Source of the DNA: Chloroflexota bacterium
Lineage (GTDB): Bacteria > Chloroflexota > Anaerolineae > Anaerolineales > Villigracilaceae
Assembly (NCBI GenBank): GCA_040006635.1
Contig: JBDTWO010000001.1
Span: 25,998-89,997 of the forward strand
Length of the DNA: 64,000 nt
Reading direction: 5' to 3'
Numbering within the stretch: position 1 is the first letter of the stretch; each line of letters opens with the position of its first letter. Below, one piece after another: positions 38,249 to 45,974 of the stretch. The position numbers and the translations under genes were made by a program. Below the pieces are notes generated by a model. The model ran no database searches. It saw only the letters and a list, made by a program, of their open reading frames with translations, and was not told the DNA's origin.

Positions 38249-38364
38249 ATGGGGCGAGTCGCCCGTACTGCCAAAGGCTGTTCTGAGCGTGTCGAAGGGG
38301 CAAAGCTGACCCGAACGTGACGAAAGAGTTGCTAGTGAAGACATTGGAAGAGCGAAGGAAGTAA
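38249..38364 (+). pseudogene. Third copy of the gatB 3' end with the same REP at the same position
   Basis: ATGGGGCGAGTCGCCCG...CCAAAG[GCTGTTCTGAGCGTGTCGAAGG]GGCAAAGCTGACCCGAACGTGACGAAAGAG...TAA. Confidence 0.88.
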
Positions 38365-38386
38365 TTATTCCTTCCATGTCATAGAT

Positions 38387-38420
38387 AAAAAAGAGTCTCA
38401 AGCCGAGACTCTTTTTGTTT
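38387..38420. terminator. Intrinsic terminator after the last gatB tail
   Basis: AAAAAGAGTCTC / GAGACTCTTTTT. Confidence 0.8.
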
Positions 38421-38471
38421 ATTCGGTATAATCCGCAGGCTTTCACTACAAAGCCCAAAGGACGTTCCGTC

Positions 38472-39320
38472 ATGACATCCCTCACCGAACGCCGCAAGGC
38501 GATCCTCTTTCTTGTACTCGCCGCCATGCTCTGGAGCACCGCTGGGGTTTTCGTCAAGGCGCTCAACTGGGGACCCGTGTCCATTCTGGCGGGTCGTGGA
38601 CTGTTCACGAGCATCTTGTTCCTGCTCTACATGCGCCGCCTCCCCACCAAGATCACACGCTGGACGTTGCTCGCGGCAGGTGGTTCGATCGTGACCCAAT
38701 TCTTATTTGTGGTTTCTACCAAATTAACCACCGCCGCCAATTCCATCTTTCTGCAATATACTGCGCCCATTTATGTGGTTCTGCTCGCGTACTGGCTCCT
38801 CCGCGAAAAGCCTTCCCGTAATGACTTTATTGCGATGGGAATCATCTTTCTGGGAATGATTCTGTTCTTCGGCGATAAATTAAGCACCGATGGTCTCTAC
38901 GGGAATATTCTCGCTGTGCTCAGCGGCGTAACCTCCGCAGTGATGATGGTTGCCTTCCGCGCCCAAAAGGACGGCTCACCGGAGGATAGCATCCTTATTG
39001 CCAGTGTGGTTATGGCGATCTTCGGCATTCCATCCATTATGAAAGAATCCTGGACGGTCACGAACTGGTCGATCATTGCCTACCTCGGCGTCTTTCAGAT
39101 CGGGTTGGCGTTTATCTTGTTCACCAAGAGCATCAAACACATCCCTGCCTTGGAAGCAAATCTGATCGGCACACTGGAGCCGGTCTTCAATCCCGTGTGG
39201 GTGTATCTGTTTCTTGGCGAAAGCATGGGCAAGTCCGCTTTGCTGGGCGGGCTGGTAGTATTGACGGGAGTTATTGTCAGTACGGTTGGTTCGACTCACG
39301 CAAATCGGGAAACGCAATAA
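38472..39320 (+). CDS. EamA/DMT-family transporter
   Basis: About 10 TM helices with two EamA repeats (LQYTAP, LEPVFNP). Confidence 0.92.
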   Translation: MTSLTERRKAILFLVLAAMLWSTAGVFVKALNWGPVSILAGRGLFTSILFLLYMRRLPTKITRWTLLAAGGSIVTQFLFVVSTKLTTAANSIFLQYTAPIYVVLLAYWLLREKPSRNDFIAMGIIFLGMILFFGDKLSTDGLYGNILAVLSGVTSAVMMVAFRAQKDGSPEDSILIASVVMAIFGIPSIMKESWTVTNWSIIAYLGVFQIGLAFILFTKSIKHIPALEANLIGTLEPVFNPVWVYLFLGESMGKSALLGGLVVLTGVIVSTVGSTHANRETQ

Positions 39321-39533
39321 TACGCTAAATCACTTCAACGAATCAAAAAGCGTCTCACGGTAGTGTTACCTCCTAGCTGTGGTCACTCCAGGTTTTTGGC
39401 GGGCAGCACTAGAATAATTTGGATATTTTTCTGCATGATTGTATTGTAGCCCCCTACTTTATCAACTCTCCCCACAACATAACGACCGCGCTACGATATA
39501 ATCATTCGAACAAATCGGTTTCAAGGATTCGTA

Positions 39534-41705
39534 ATGTCCTATCACTTCACACCCAACATGCTTCCGCTTGTTATTGCGGCGCTGATCGCCGGGATTCTGG
39601 CATGGTACACATGGCAACATCGCCAGTCGACCGGGGTCAGACCTTTTTCATTGATGATGCTGATCCTGTTCGAATGGGTATTTAGCTATATCCTTGAACT
39701 TGCGGCGACCGACCTAGACTCCAAGTTTTTTTGGACTCAGTTGAAATTTGCAGGCGTGATCGCAACCCCGGTTGTATGGCTGTTATTCGCATTGGAATAT
39801 ACCGGCAGAAAAGCGTGGACGACACGCACGCGCATCATTCTGCTCTCGATCCTGCCGCTTGTTTCAATGGGCATGATCCTGACAAATGACTTCCACCACC
39901 TATTCTGGCTGGGCAAAAGTCTGGCAAGTGAGGGCGGATTTTTATTATTGAGCACGATCTACGGACCCTGGTTCTGGGTACACGCGGCTTATACGTATAC
40001 CCTGATCATGATCGGATTAGTTCTGGTCATACGAGCCCTATTGCGCTGGCCCGCTCAGTATCGTGGACAAATGCTCTGGATCTTGCTAGCCACATTGGCA
40101 CCCTTGATCGCCAATGTCTTGACCATTTTCAAGATCGTACCAGCACTCCTAGATTGGACACCCTTTGCCTTTATTATCACAGGTATCGGGATGGCGTACG
40201 CACTCTTCCGGCATCGTTTGCTGGATATTGCTCCACTGGCGCGCGACATTGTGATCGACGGGATGAAAGATGGCATGATCGTGCTGGATGCCAACCAACG
40301 CATTGTGGATATCAACCCGGCGGCGCAAAGTATCATCGGGCTTTCTGGCGAAAAGCAACCCATTGGCAAATCGATGGCAGAGGTGCTGAGCCGGCAACCC
40401 GGCCTCATTGAGAAATATCGCGGCGTAGATGAGATCAGTGATGAGATGACATTCGGTGAAGGGGAAACACAACGTTGGTACGACTTGAATCTGACAACGT
40501 TGCGTGACGAAAACAAAATGGTACTGGGGCAGTTAATTACCATCCGCGATATTACCCAGCGTAAACACACTGAAAGTCTTTTACAGGAAAGCGAAGCACG
40601 TTTCCGCCAGATCGTGGAGAACGCCAGCGACATGATCTATCGCTTTGATGGAGAGGGACGTTTGACCTATGCCAACCCATCTGCCTTGCACACCATGGGG
40701 TTTGAAAATGAAGCAGATGCACTGGGCAAATATTTTCTAGACCTGACCACACCCGAGATGCGGCACAAACTCAAGCGCACCTATTTGCACCAATTCATGA
40801 GTAAAACCCCAAATACCTATAACGAATTTCCAGGGCTCACCGCTGACGGGCGTGAGGTCTGGTTTGGACAGAACGTACAATTGATCTTTGAAGACGATCA
40901 GGTAGTGGGATTTCAGGCGCTTTCACGCGATATCACCGCCATCAAACAAGCCTATGAAGCCCTGCGCATTGCCCGTGATCAAGCATTGGAAGCCAACCGC
41001 GCGAAAACTCAATTGCTATCGAAAGTAAGCCACGAATTGCGCACGCCGTTGGGTGGCGTTCTTGGTTATGCGGAATTGCTTCACGACAACACCTTCGGTG
41101 AATTAAATCTCGGTCAAAAGAAAGCCGCGCACGAGATCATGGAAAGTGCGAACTATCTCACCAACATGGTCAATGAACTATTAGATGAAGCGCAGGCTCG
41201 CACGAACATAACCGTCCTACAAGAAGCGCTGTTCGCACCAGCGATACTGATCCAACAATCCACAGCGGGGACGGAAGTGTTGGCAAAGAAAAAGGGCTTA
41301 CAGCTGAACACCTCGCTCGATCCCAATCTTCCCCACGAACTGTACGGTGACGAACGTCGACTGCGTCAGATTATTATTAACCTCGTTGGTAACGCGATCA
41401 AATTCACCAAAGAAGGAAGCGTGAACGTCAAATTCCTGCGTCCCACCCATGAACATTGGGCGATCCAGGTTATGGATACCGGTGTGGGCATCCCCAGGGA
41501 GGCACAGGCGTATATCTTTGAACCGTTCCGCCAGGTGGATAGCGCCATCACGCGCGATAACCGCGGCATTGGGCTGGGGCTTTCCATCACGAAACAACTC
41601 GTTGACATCATGGGTGGTCGGATCACGCTTGAAAGTGAACCCGGCCAGGGCAGCGCCTTCACCGTATTACTGCCCATCAAAACAAAAACGGGAGAAACAT
41701 CGTGA
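39534..41705 (+). CDS. Sensor histidine kinase: N-terminal 7TM (HisKA_7TM), two PAS, HisKA, HATPase
   Basis: VSHELRTPL, NLVGNAIKFT, DTGVGI, GIGLGLSI. Confidence 0.95.
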   Translation: MSYHFTPNMLPLVIAALIAGILAWYTWQHRQSTGVRPFSLMMLILFEWVFSYILELAATDLDSKFFWTQLKFAGVIATPVVWLLFALEYTGRKAWTTRTRIILLSILPLVSMGMILTNDFHHLFWLGKSLASEGGFLLLSTIYGPWFWVHAAYTYTLIMIGLVLVIRALLRWPAQYRGQMLWILLATLAPLIANVLTIFKIVPALLDWTPFAFIITGIGMAYALFRHRLLDIAPLARDIVIDGMKDGMIVLDANQRIVDINPAAQSIIGLSGEKQPIGKSMAEVLSRQPGLIEKYRGVDEISDEMTFGEGETQRWYDLNLTTLRDENKMVLGQLITIRDITQRKHTESLLQESEARFRQIVENASDMIYRFDGEGRLTYANPSALHTMGFENEADALGKYFLDLTTPEMRHKLKRTYLHQFMSKTPNTYNEFPGLTADGREVWFGQNVQLIFEDDQVVGFQALSRDITAIKQAYEALRIARDQALEANRAKTQLLSKVSHELRTPLGGVLGYAELLHDNTFGELNLGQKKAAHEIMESANYLTNMVNELLDEAQARTNITVLQEALFAPAILIQQSTAGTEVLAKKKGLQLNTSLDPNLPHELYGDERRLRQIIINLVGNAIKFTKEGSVNVKFLRPTHEHWAIQVMDTGVGIPREAQAYIFEPFRQVDSAITRDNRGIGLGLSITKQLVDIMGGRITLESEPGQGSAFTVLLPIKTKTGETS

Positions 41706-42064
41706 CCAAGCCGCTCGCACTCATTATCGAAGATGACCCCCAACTCAACACCATCATGTCCATTACGCTTCAGGCAGATTTTGAAATTGAAACCTGCACC
41801 GATGGCAACGCCGGTCTGGAGCGTTTAAAGAAAACCGTTCCGAACGTTGTCGTATTGGACCTAAATCTGCCCGGCGCATCTGGCAAAGAGATCCTGCAAA
41901 GTATCCGCGCCGATGAACGTCTTTCAAAAACGCGCATCATTCTCACCACCGCTGATGAACGCCAGGCGGAGACCCTGCATGACGAAGCCGATATCATTCT
42001 GCTTAAACCTGTCAGCCCGGCGCAGCTGCGCGAATTGGCTTTACGCTTACGCCCAATCGGATAA
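41702..42064 (+). CDS. Stand-alone response regulator receiver
   Basis: IIEDD, VLDLNLP, LLKP; overlaps the kinase stop. Confidence 0.93.
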   Translation: MTKPLALIIEDDPQLNTIMSITLQADFEIETCTDGNAGLERLKKTVPNVVVLDLNLPGASGKEILQSIRADERLSKTRIILTTADERQAETLHDEADIILLKPVSPAQLRELALRLRPIG

Positions 42065-42066
42065 TC

Positions 42067-42720
42067 ATGTCATTCATATCTGAATTCGAATCCCACCTCC
42101 CCAATAATTTACGCAATAAACTCAACCAACTCAATACACCTTTCGCTATCCAGAGATATTTAGACTCCCTGACGTACAACGGCGAGGAACGCGACCGCTC
42201 GCCGCTCAATGCGATGCTGGATAATCAATCGCACTGCCTCGACGGCGGATTCTTAGCCGCGCTCTGCCTCTGGCGAATTGGATTCAAACCGCTTCTCATC
42301 GACATTGTGCCTGATCCCGGTGTGGACGATGATCATGTGCTGGCGCTTTATCAGATCGAGGGACGTTGGGGCGCGCTGGCAAAGACGAACTATATCAATC
42401 TCGGATTCCGCGAGCCGGTTTACAAGAACCTGCGTGAACTTGTGATGACTTACTTTGAGCATTACGTCAGCATTCATCAAATCAAATGCCTTACTGGCTA
42501 CACGCGTCCGATTGATGCTTCACGCTATACCCATTTGAACTGGGCATGGGACGAAGCCGGAGCGAATGTTTTGTATCACAAGCATTTCTACGGACGTAAC
42601 CCAATTCCACTTATTACCAAGAGCATGGGCAAACGCCTCAGCCCAGTTACTGATAAGGCGTATGAGTCAGAGACACTGCACACGAATTTGAATGAGTCGT
42701 TTGGGAATCGGAAGTATTAA
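42067..42720 (+). CDS. Conserved hypothetical protein, transglutaminase-like fold
   Basis: SHCLDGG...DDDHVLA...WGALAK suggests a Cys-His catalytic pair. Confidence 0.65.
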   Translation: MSFISEFESHLPNNLRNKLNQLNTPFAIQRYLDSLTYNGEERDRSPLNAMLDNQSHCLDGGFLAALCLWRIGFKPLLIDIVPDPGVDDDHVLALYQIEGRWGALAKTNYINLGFREPVYKNLRELVMTYFEHYVSIHQIKCLTGYTRPIDASRYTHLNWAWDEAGANVLYHKHFYGRNPIPLITKSMGKRLSPVTDKAYESETLHTNLNESFGNRKY

Positions 42721-42723
42721 TTC

Positions 42724-42836
42724 GTCCTGAGCGGAGAGACTGCGTGCTCTTTGCAGTCTCGCAGACGAAGGACAGCTTTTCATATAACCATTTACGTTTC
42801 GACTTCACTCGCCTGTCGGCTCGTTCCGCTCAACGC
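42724..42836. repeat. GTCCTGAGCGGAG...GAAGG...TTCGAC...CGCTCA REP between convergent genes
   Basis: Internal GAGACTGC/GCAGTCTC hairpin; related to 7938-8022. Confidence 0.7.
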
Positions 42837-42845
42837 GATAAAGCA

Positions 42846-43481
42846 CTAGATCTTCACGATCTTCTCAGTCGTTTCGATCACTTCTGCCTTCAACTTCCCC
42901 GCGGATAGTTCCTGCAATTCCTTTTGAAAACCTTCAAATGACTCAACCGGGAATTGTAGAGTCATCGTAATATCGCCTGCAAAATCTTCACCCACCACTT
43001 CCCCGCCATTACGCCCCACCATCAAGCGGACTCGCTCCAACAAGTTATACGGAATCGCCAGCATGGACACATGGACCTCAACTCTTCTTCCGCGTTCCAC
43101 CGCATTAACCACTAACTGTGTGGACTCGGTATACGCCTTCACCAACCCACCAGTGCCCAACAACGTCCCACCAAAATAACGCGTGATCACAACTGCCGCA
43201 TCGCCAAGTCCACTGCCACGTAGGACCGCTAGAGCAGGCTTACCCGAAGTCCCGCTCGGCTCTCCGTCATCCGAACAAAATTCTGCCACCGTATTCCCGC
43301 CGCCGATGATATACGCAGGGACGTTATGACTCGCATCCGCAAATTCTTTTTTGATGCGCGCAATGAACGCCCGAGCTTCATCCGCGGTGAAGACCGGTGC
43401 AAGTGTGGCGATGAAACGCGAATTGACAACTACATGTTCACGGCGGATTTCTGTGAGAGGGACGGAATAGAGTTTAGACAT
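42846..43481 (-). CDS. yigZ: YigZ / IMPACT family protein
   Basis: SRFIA, ASHN, SDDGEPSGTSGKP, RYFGGTLLGTGGLVKAY. Confidence 0.93.
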   Translation of the reverse strand: MSKLYSVPLTEIRREHVVVNSRFIATLAPVFTADEARAFIARIKKEFADASHNVPAYIIGGGNTVAEFCSDDGEPSGTSGKPALAVLRGSGLGDAAVVITRYFGGTLLGTGGLVKAYTESTQLVVNAVERGRRVEVHVSMLAIPYNLLERVRLMVGRNGGEVVGEDFAGDITMTLQFPVESFEGFQKELQELSAGKLKAEVIETTEKIVKI

Positions 43482-43620
43482 AAACAGGATTTTACTTGAT
43501 TCAAGCCTCATGACGGGGCACATCGAAAAAACCGTTTTCATCCATTGCAACCGCAAGTCTCTCCTCCCATCACCCGCCCGACGATACCCTAACGGGCACA
43601 CGTGAACCGTCAGGCTATTC

Positions 43621-43696
43621 TACAAAGTCCGCTCAAGCGGACTAGCCGACTTTCAGTCGGCTTCGTTTGACTAGCATGGACGTTCACGTCCATGCG
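43621..43696. repeat. Stacked-hairpin REP-like element, copy of 3672-3753
   Basis: TACAAAGTCCGCTCAAGCGGACTAGCCGAC...GTCGGCTTCG...GCATGGACGTTCACGTCCATGC. Confidence 0.8.
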
Positions 43697-43702
43697 ACCA
43701 CA

Positions 43703-43876
43703 GCGGTATAATTTCCATCAATCATGCAACCCAACTTTCCATCACCGCAGAAAAGAAGTCAACTCCATACCCTCTCCCCGCGGGAGAGGGACAAACCGAC
43801 ACGCCGATCAATCGTCACAATCAGGGTGAGGTCCTAACCCCTCGCATCGAAAAGACCGTTTTCGTCAGTTACCGCC
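43703..43876 (+). repeat. Leader repeat copy A: promoter, 37-codon uORF and dead 5' end of the TIR gene
   Basis: 174 bp colinear with 44549-44722; the TIR ATG is replaced by CTA and a stop follows ..YRHKNIP. Confidence 0.9.
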
Positions 43877-43899
43877 ACAAGAATATACCGTAGGTAAAC

Positions 43900-44433
43900 A
43901 TGATTGAGTCTCGTTATTGGAAAGATGATTTACTAAAACACGCCAAAAAGTTAAAACCTGTCAAGCATCCAAAACGGTGGTCAGAAAAAGGACAAGTCAA
44001 TTTTGAAAAAGAAATCATAGTCTCATTCTTTAAAATCAGAAAGTTGTTTGAAACAAATAAAGTTTCAAGTATAAGCAAAAAGCATAAAGTGAAAATATTT
44101 CGCTACCCAATTGGATCCAAGAAAGTCAACAACATGAATTATTGGAATATTCATGAAATTTATGATCTAGCAAAGAAGAGCAACGTCGAGAAAAATATAG
44201 TTTTTATATGCAATCAATTAATTCACGGTGGAGCAACATTCGCATTTCAAGACAACGATAAAAACTGGGGAGGAATATTTACCTGTTCTGATTTTGAGCG
44301 AGGCAGATATATTTACGAAATCCCAATTGAAGAGATAATCACGATCTTCAACCTTGTAGGAAATGATTATCCCAATCATGTGACTTTTACATATTCGAAA
44401 GAACTTGGTGACTATGAAATTGAGACTGACTGA
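43900..44433 (+). CDS. AT-rich hypothetical protein (possible HEPN-like)
   Basis: 177-aa open frame with an ICNQLIHG motif; sits between leader repeats. Confidence 0.7.
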   Translation: MIESRYWKDDLLKHAKKLKPVKHPKRWSEKGQVNFEKEIIVSFFKIRKLFETNKVSSISKKHKVKIFRYPIGSKKVNNMNYWNIHEIYDLAKKSNVEKNIVFICNQLIHGGATFAFQDNDKNWGGIFTCSDFERGRYIYEIPIEEIITIFNLVGNDYPNHVTFTYSKELGDYEIETD

Positions 44434-44455
44434 TCATTATCCACGCCCTAAGTTC

Positions 44456-44722
44456 TCATCACCACAGAATAGAAATCAACTCCATACCCTCTCCCACTGG
44501 GAGAGGGACAAACCGTCCCGCCGATCAATCGTATCAATCAGGGTGAGGGCGGTATAATCTCCCTCAACCATGCAACCCAACTTTTCATCACCACAGAAAA
44601 GGATTCAACTCCATATCCTCTCCCACTGGGAGAGGGACAAACCGACACGCCGATCAATCGTCACAACCAGGGTGAGGTCATGACCGCTCGCATCGAAAAG
44701 ACCGTTTTCATTAGTTACCGCC
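44456..44722 (+). repeat. Leader repeat copies B (44456-44548, partial) and C (44549-44722, complete)
   Basis: Direct repeats containing CCCTCTCCCACTGGGAGAGGG...GGGTGAGG; copy C leads into the intact TIR gene. Confidence 0.9.
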
Positions 44723-45939
44723 GTGCAAATTTACCATGGGCATTGGCAATTTATCAAAACCTGAAGAGCGAAGGCTATGATGTATTCTTCGATTATCTCA
44801 GCATTCCTAGTGGTGATTTTGAAAACATCATAGTCGAAAATATAAAAGGTCGCACTCACTTTGTAGTGATATTAACTCCTTCAGCTTTGGAAAGATGTAA
44901 TGAGCCTGAAGATTGGCTAAGACGTGAAATAGAAACTGCAATGGATGAAAAACGTAACATTGTGCCACTTATGTTGGAAAGCTTTGATTTTGGCAGTCCA
45001 TCTACCATCAAAGCGCTCACTGGCAGACTTGAGAAATTAAAAAAATACAACGGTCTGCGTTTGCACTCAGAATATTTCTTTGAGGGTATGGATAGGCTTC
45101 GTAAACAATATCTGAATATCTCATTAGATACTATCATTCATCCCATTTCAGAAGAAGCAAGACCCATCACAGAAGAACATCAAGTTGCAGCTGACGAAGT
45201 CAACCCCATTGAAAAAACAGAGCTTACTGCACAAGAATGGTATGAACGTGGATATGTATTTCAGGATGAAAAGAATTATGACGAAGCCCTGCGTTGTTTA
45301 ACAAACGCCATCAATCTTAATGGTGACTTTGCGAGGGCATATTTTCTACGAGGGTCGGTAAAAGGTATACAAGGTGATTACGAGGGAGCACTTTCAGATG
45401 TGAACAACGCTGTACGCATCGAGCCACAATTTCTCGAGGCTTACGGAGTTCGAGCTGTAGCGAGAGAAAATACAGGCGATTTAGATGGAGCAATTACTGA
45501 TTACACTAAGGTCACTCGGGATAAGACACTAGATAAAGATCTTGCCGCAGATACTTTTCACCGTCGTGGACTTGTGCGACTTGATAAAGGCGATCTAATT
45601 AAAGCTAACAAGGACTTTGATAAAGCTATACAACTAAAACCAGACTCTGCTGAATATTTTTTTAGCCGCGGGGTTGCTCACATTATCAACAATAATTTTG
45701 ATAATGCAATGGCAGATGTTGAAACTGCTATTCACCTTGACCCAAATTATATTGACGCATACTTCAACCGAGCTCTGATATGGGAAAAAAAGAAAGCATA
45801 TTCTTCTGCTATTGCCGACTATCAAAAATATCTTAAACTAGGCGGCAATAGACAAAAGGATGAACAAAAAAAGGTAGGACAGAAAATCAAGACCCTTAAA
45901 GGTAAATTGACCAAGAAAAAATCTCTGAAAAAGAAATAA
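44680..45939 (+). CDS. TIR_2 domain + TPR repeat protein
   Basis: VFISYRR, FVVILTP, WLRREI (putative catalytic Glu), about six TPRs. Confidence 0.9.
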   Translation: MTARIEKTVFISYRRANLPWALAIYQNLKSEGYDVFFDYLSIPSGDFENIIVENIKGRTHFVVILTPSALERCNEPEDWLRREIETAMDEKRNIVPLMLESFDFGSPSTIKALTGRLEKLKKYNGLRLHSEYFFEGMDRLRKQYLNISLDTIIHPISEEARPITEEHQVAADEVNPIEKTELTAQEWYERGYVFQDEKNYDEALRCLTNAINLNGDFARAYFLRGSVKGIQGDYEGALSDVNNAVRIEPQFLEAYGVRAVARENTGDLDGAITDYTKVTRDKTLDKDLAADTFHRRGLVRLDKGDLIKANKDFDKAIQLKPDSAEYFFSRGVAHIINNNFDNAMADVETAIHLDPNYIDAYFNRALIWEKKKAYSSAIADYQKYLKLGGNRQKDEQKKVGQKIKTLKGKLTKKKSLKKK

Positions 45940-45970
45940 AAAGGAGTGGACTTTGAAAGTCCACTCCTTT
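45940..45970. terminator. Bidirectional terminator
   Basis: AAAGGAGTGGACTTT / AAAGTCCACTCCTTT. Confidence 0.85.
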
Positions 45971-45974
45971 GCTT

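Noticed and set aside
35474-38364. Classical integrase-driven genomic island or prophage
   Set aside because: No integrase, phage gene or tRNA in or near the segment; reported only as tail duplication with cargo.
43703-44722. CRISPR array
   Set aside because: Units are 90-170 bp, only 2-3 copies, contain coding remnants, lack uniform spacers, and no cas genes are nearby.
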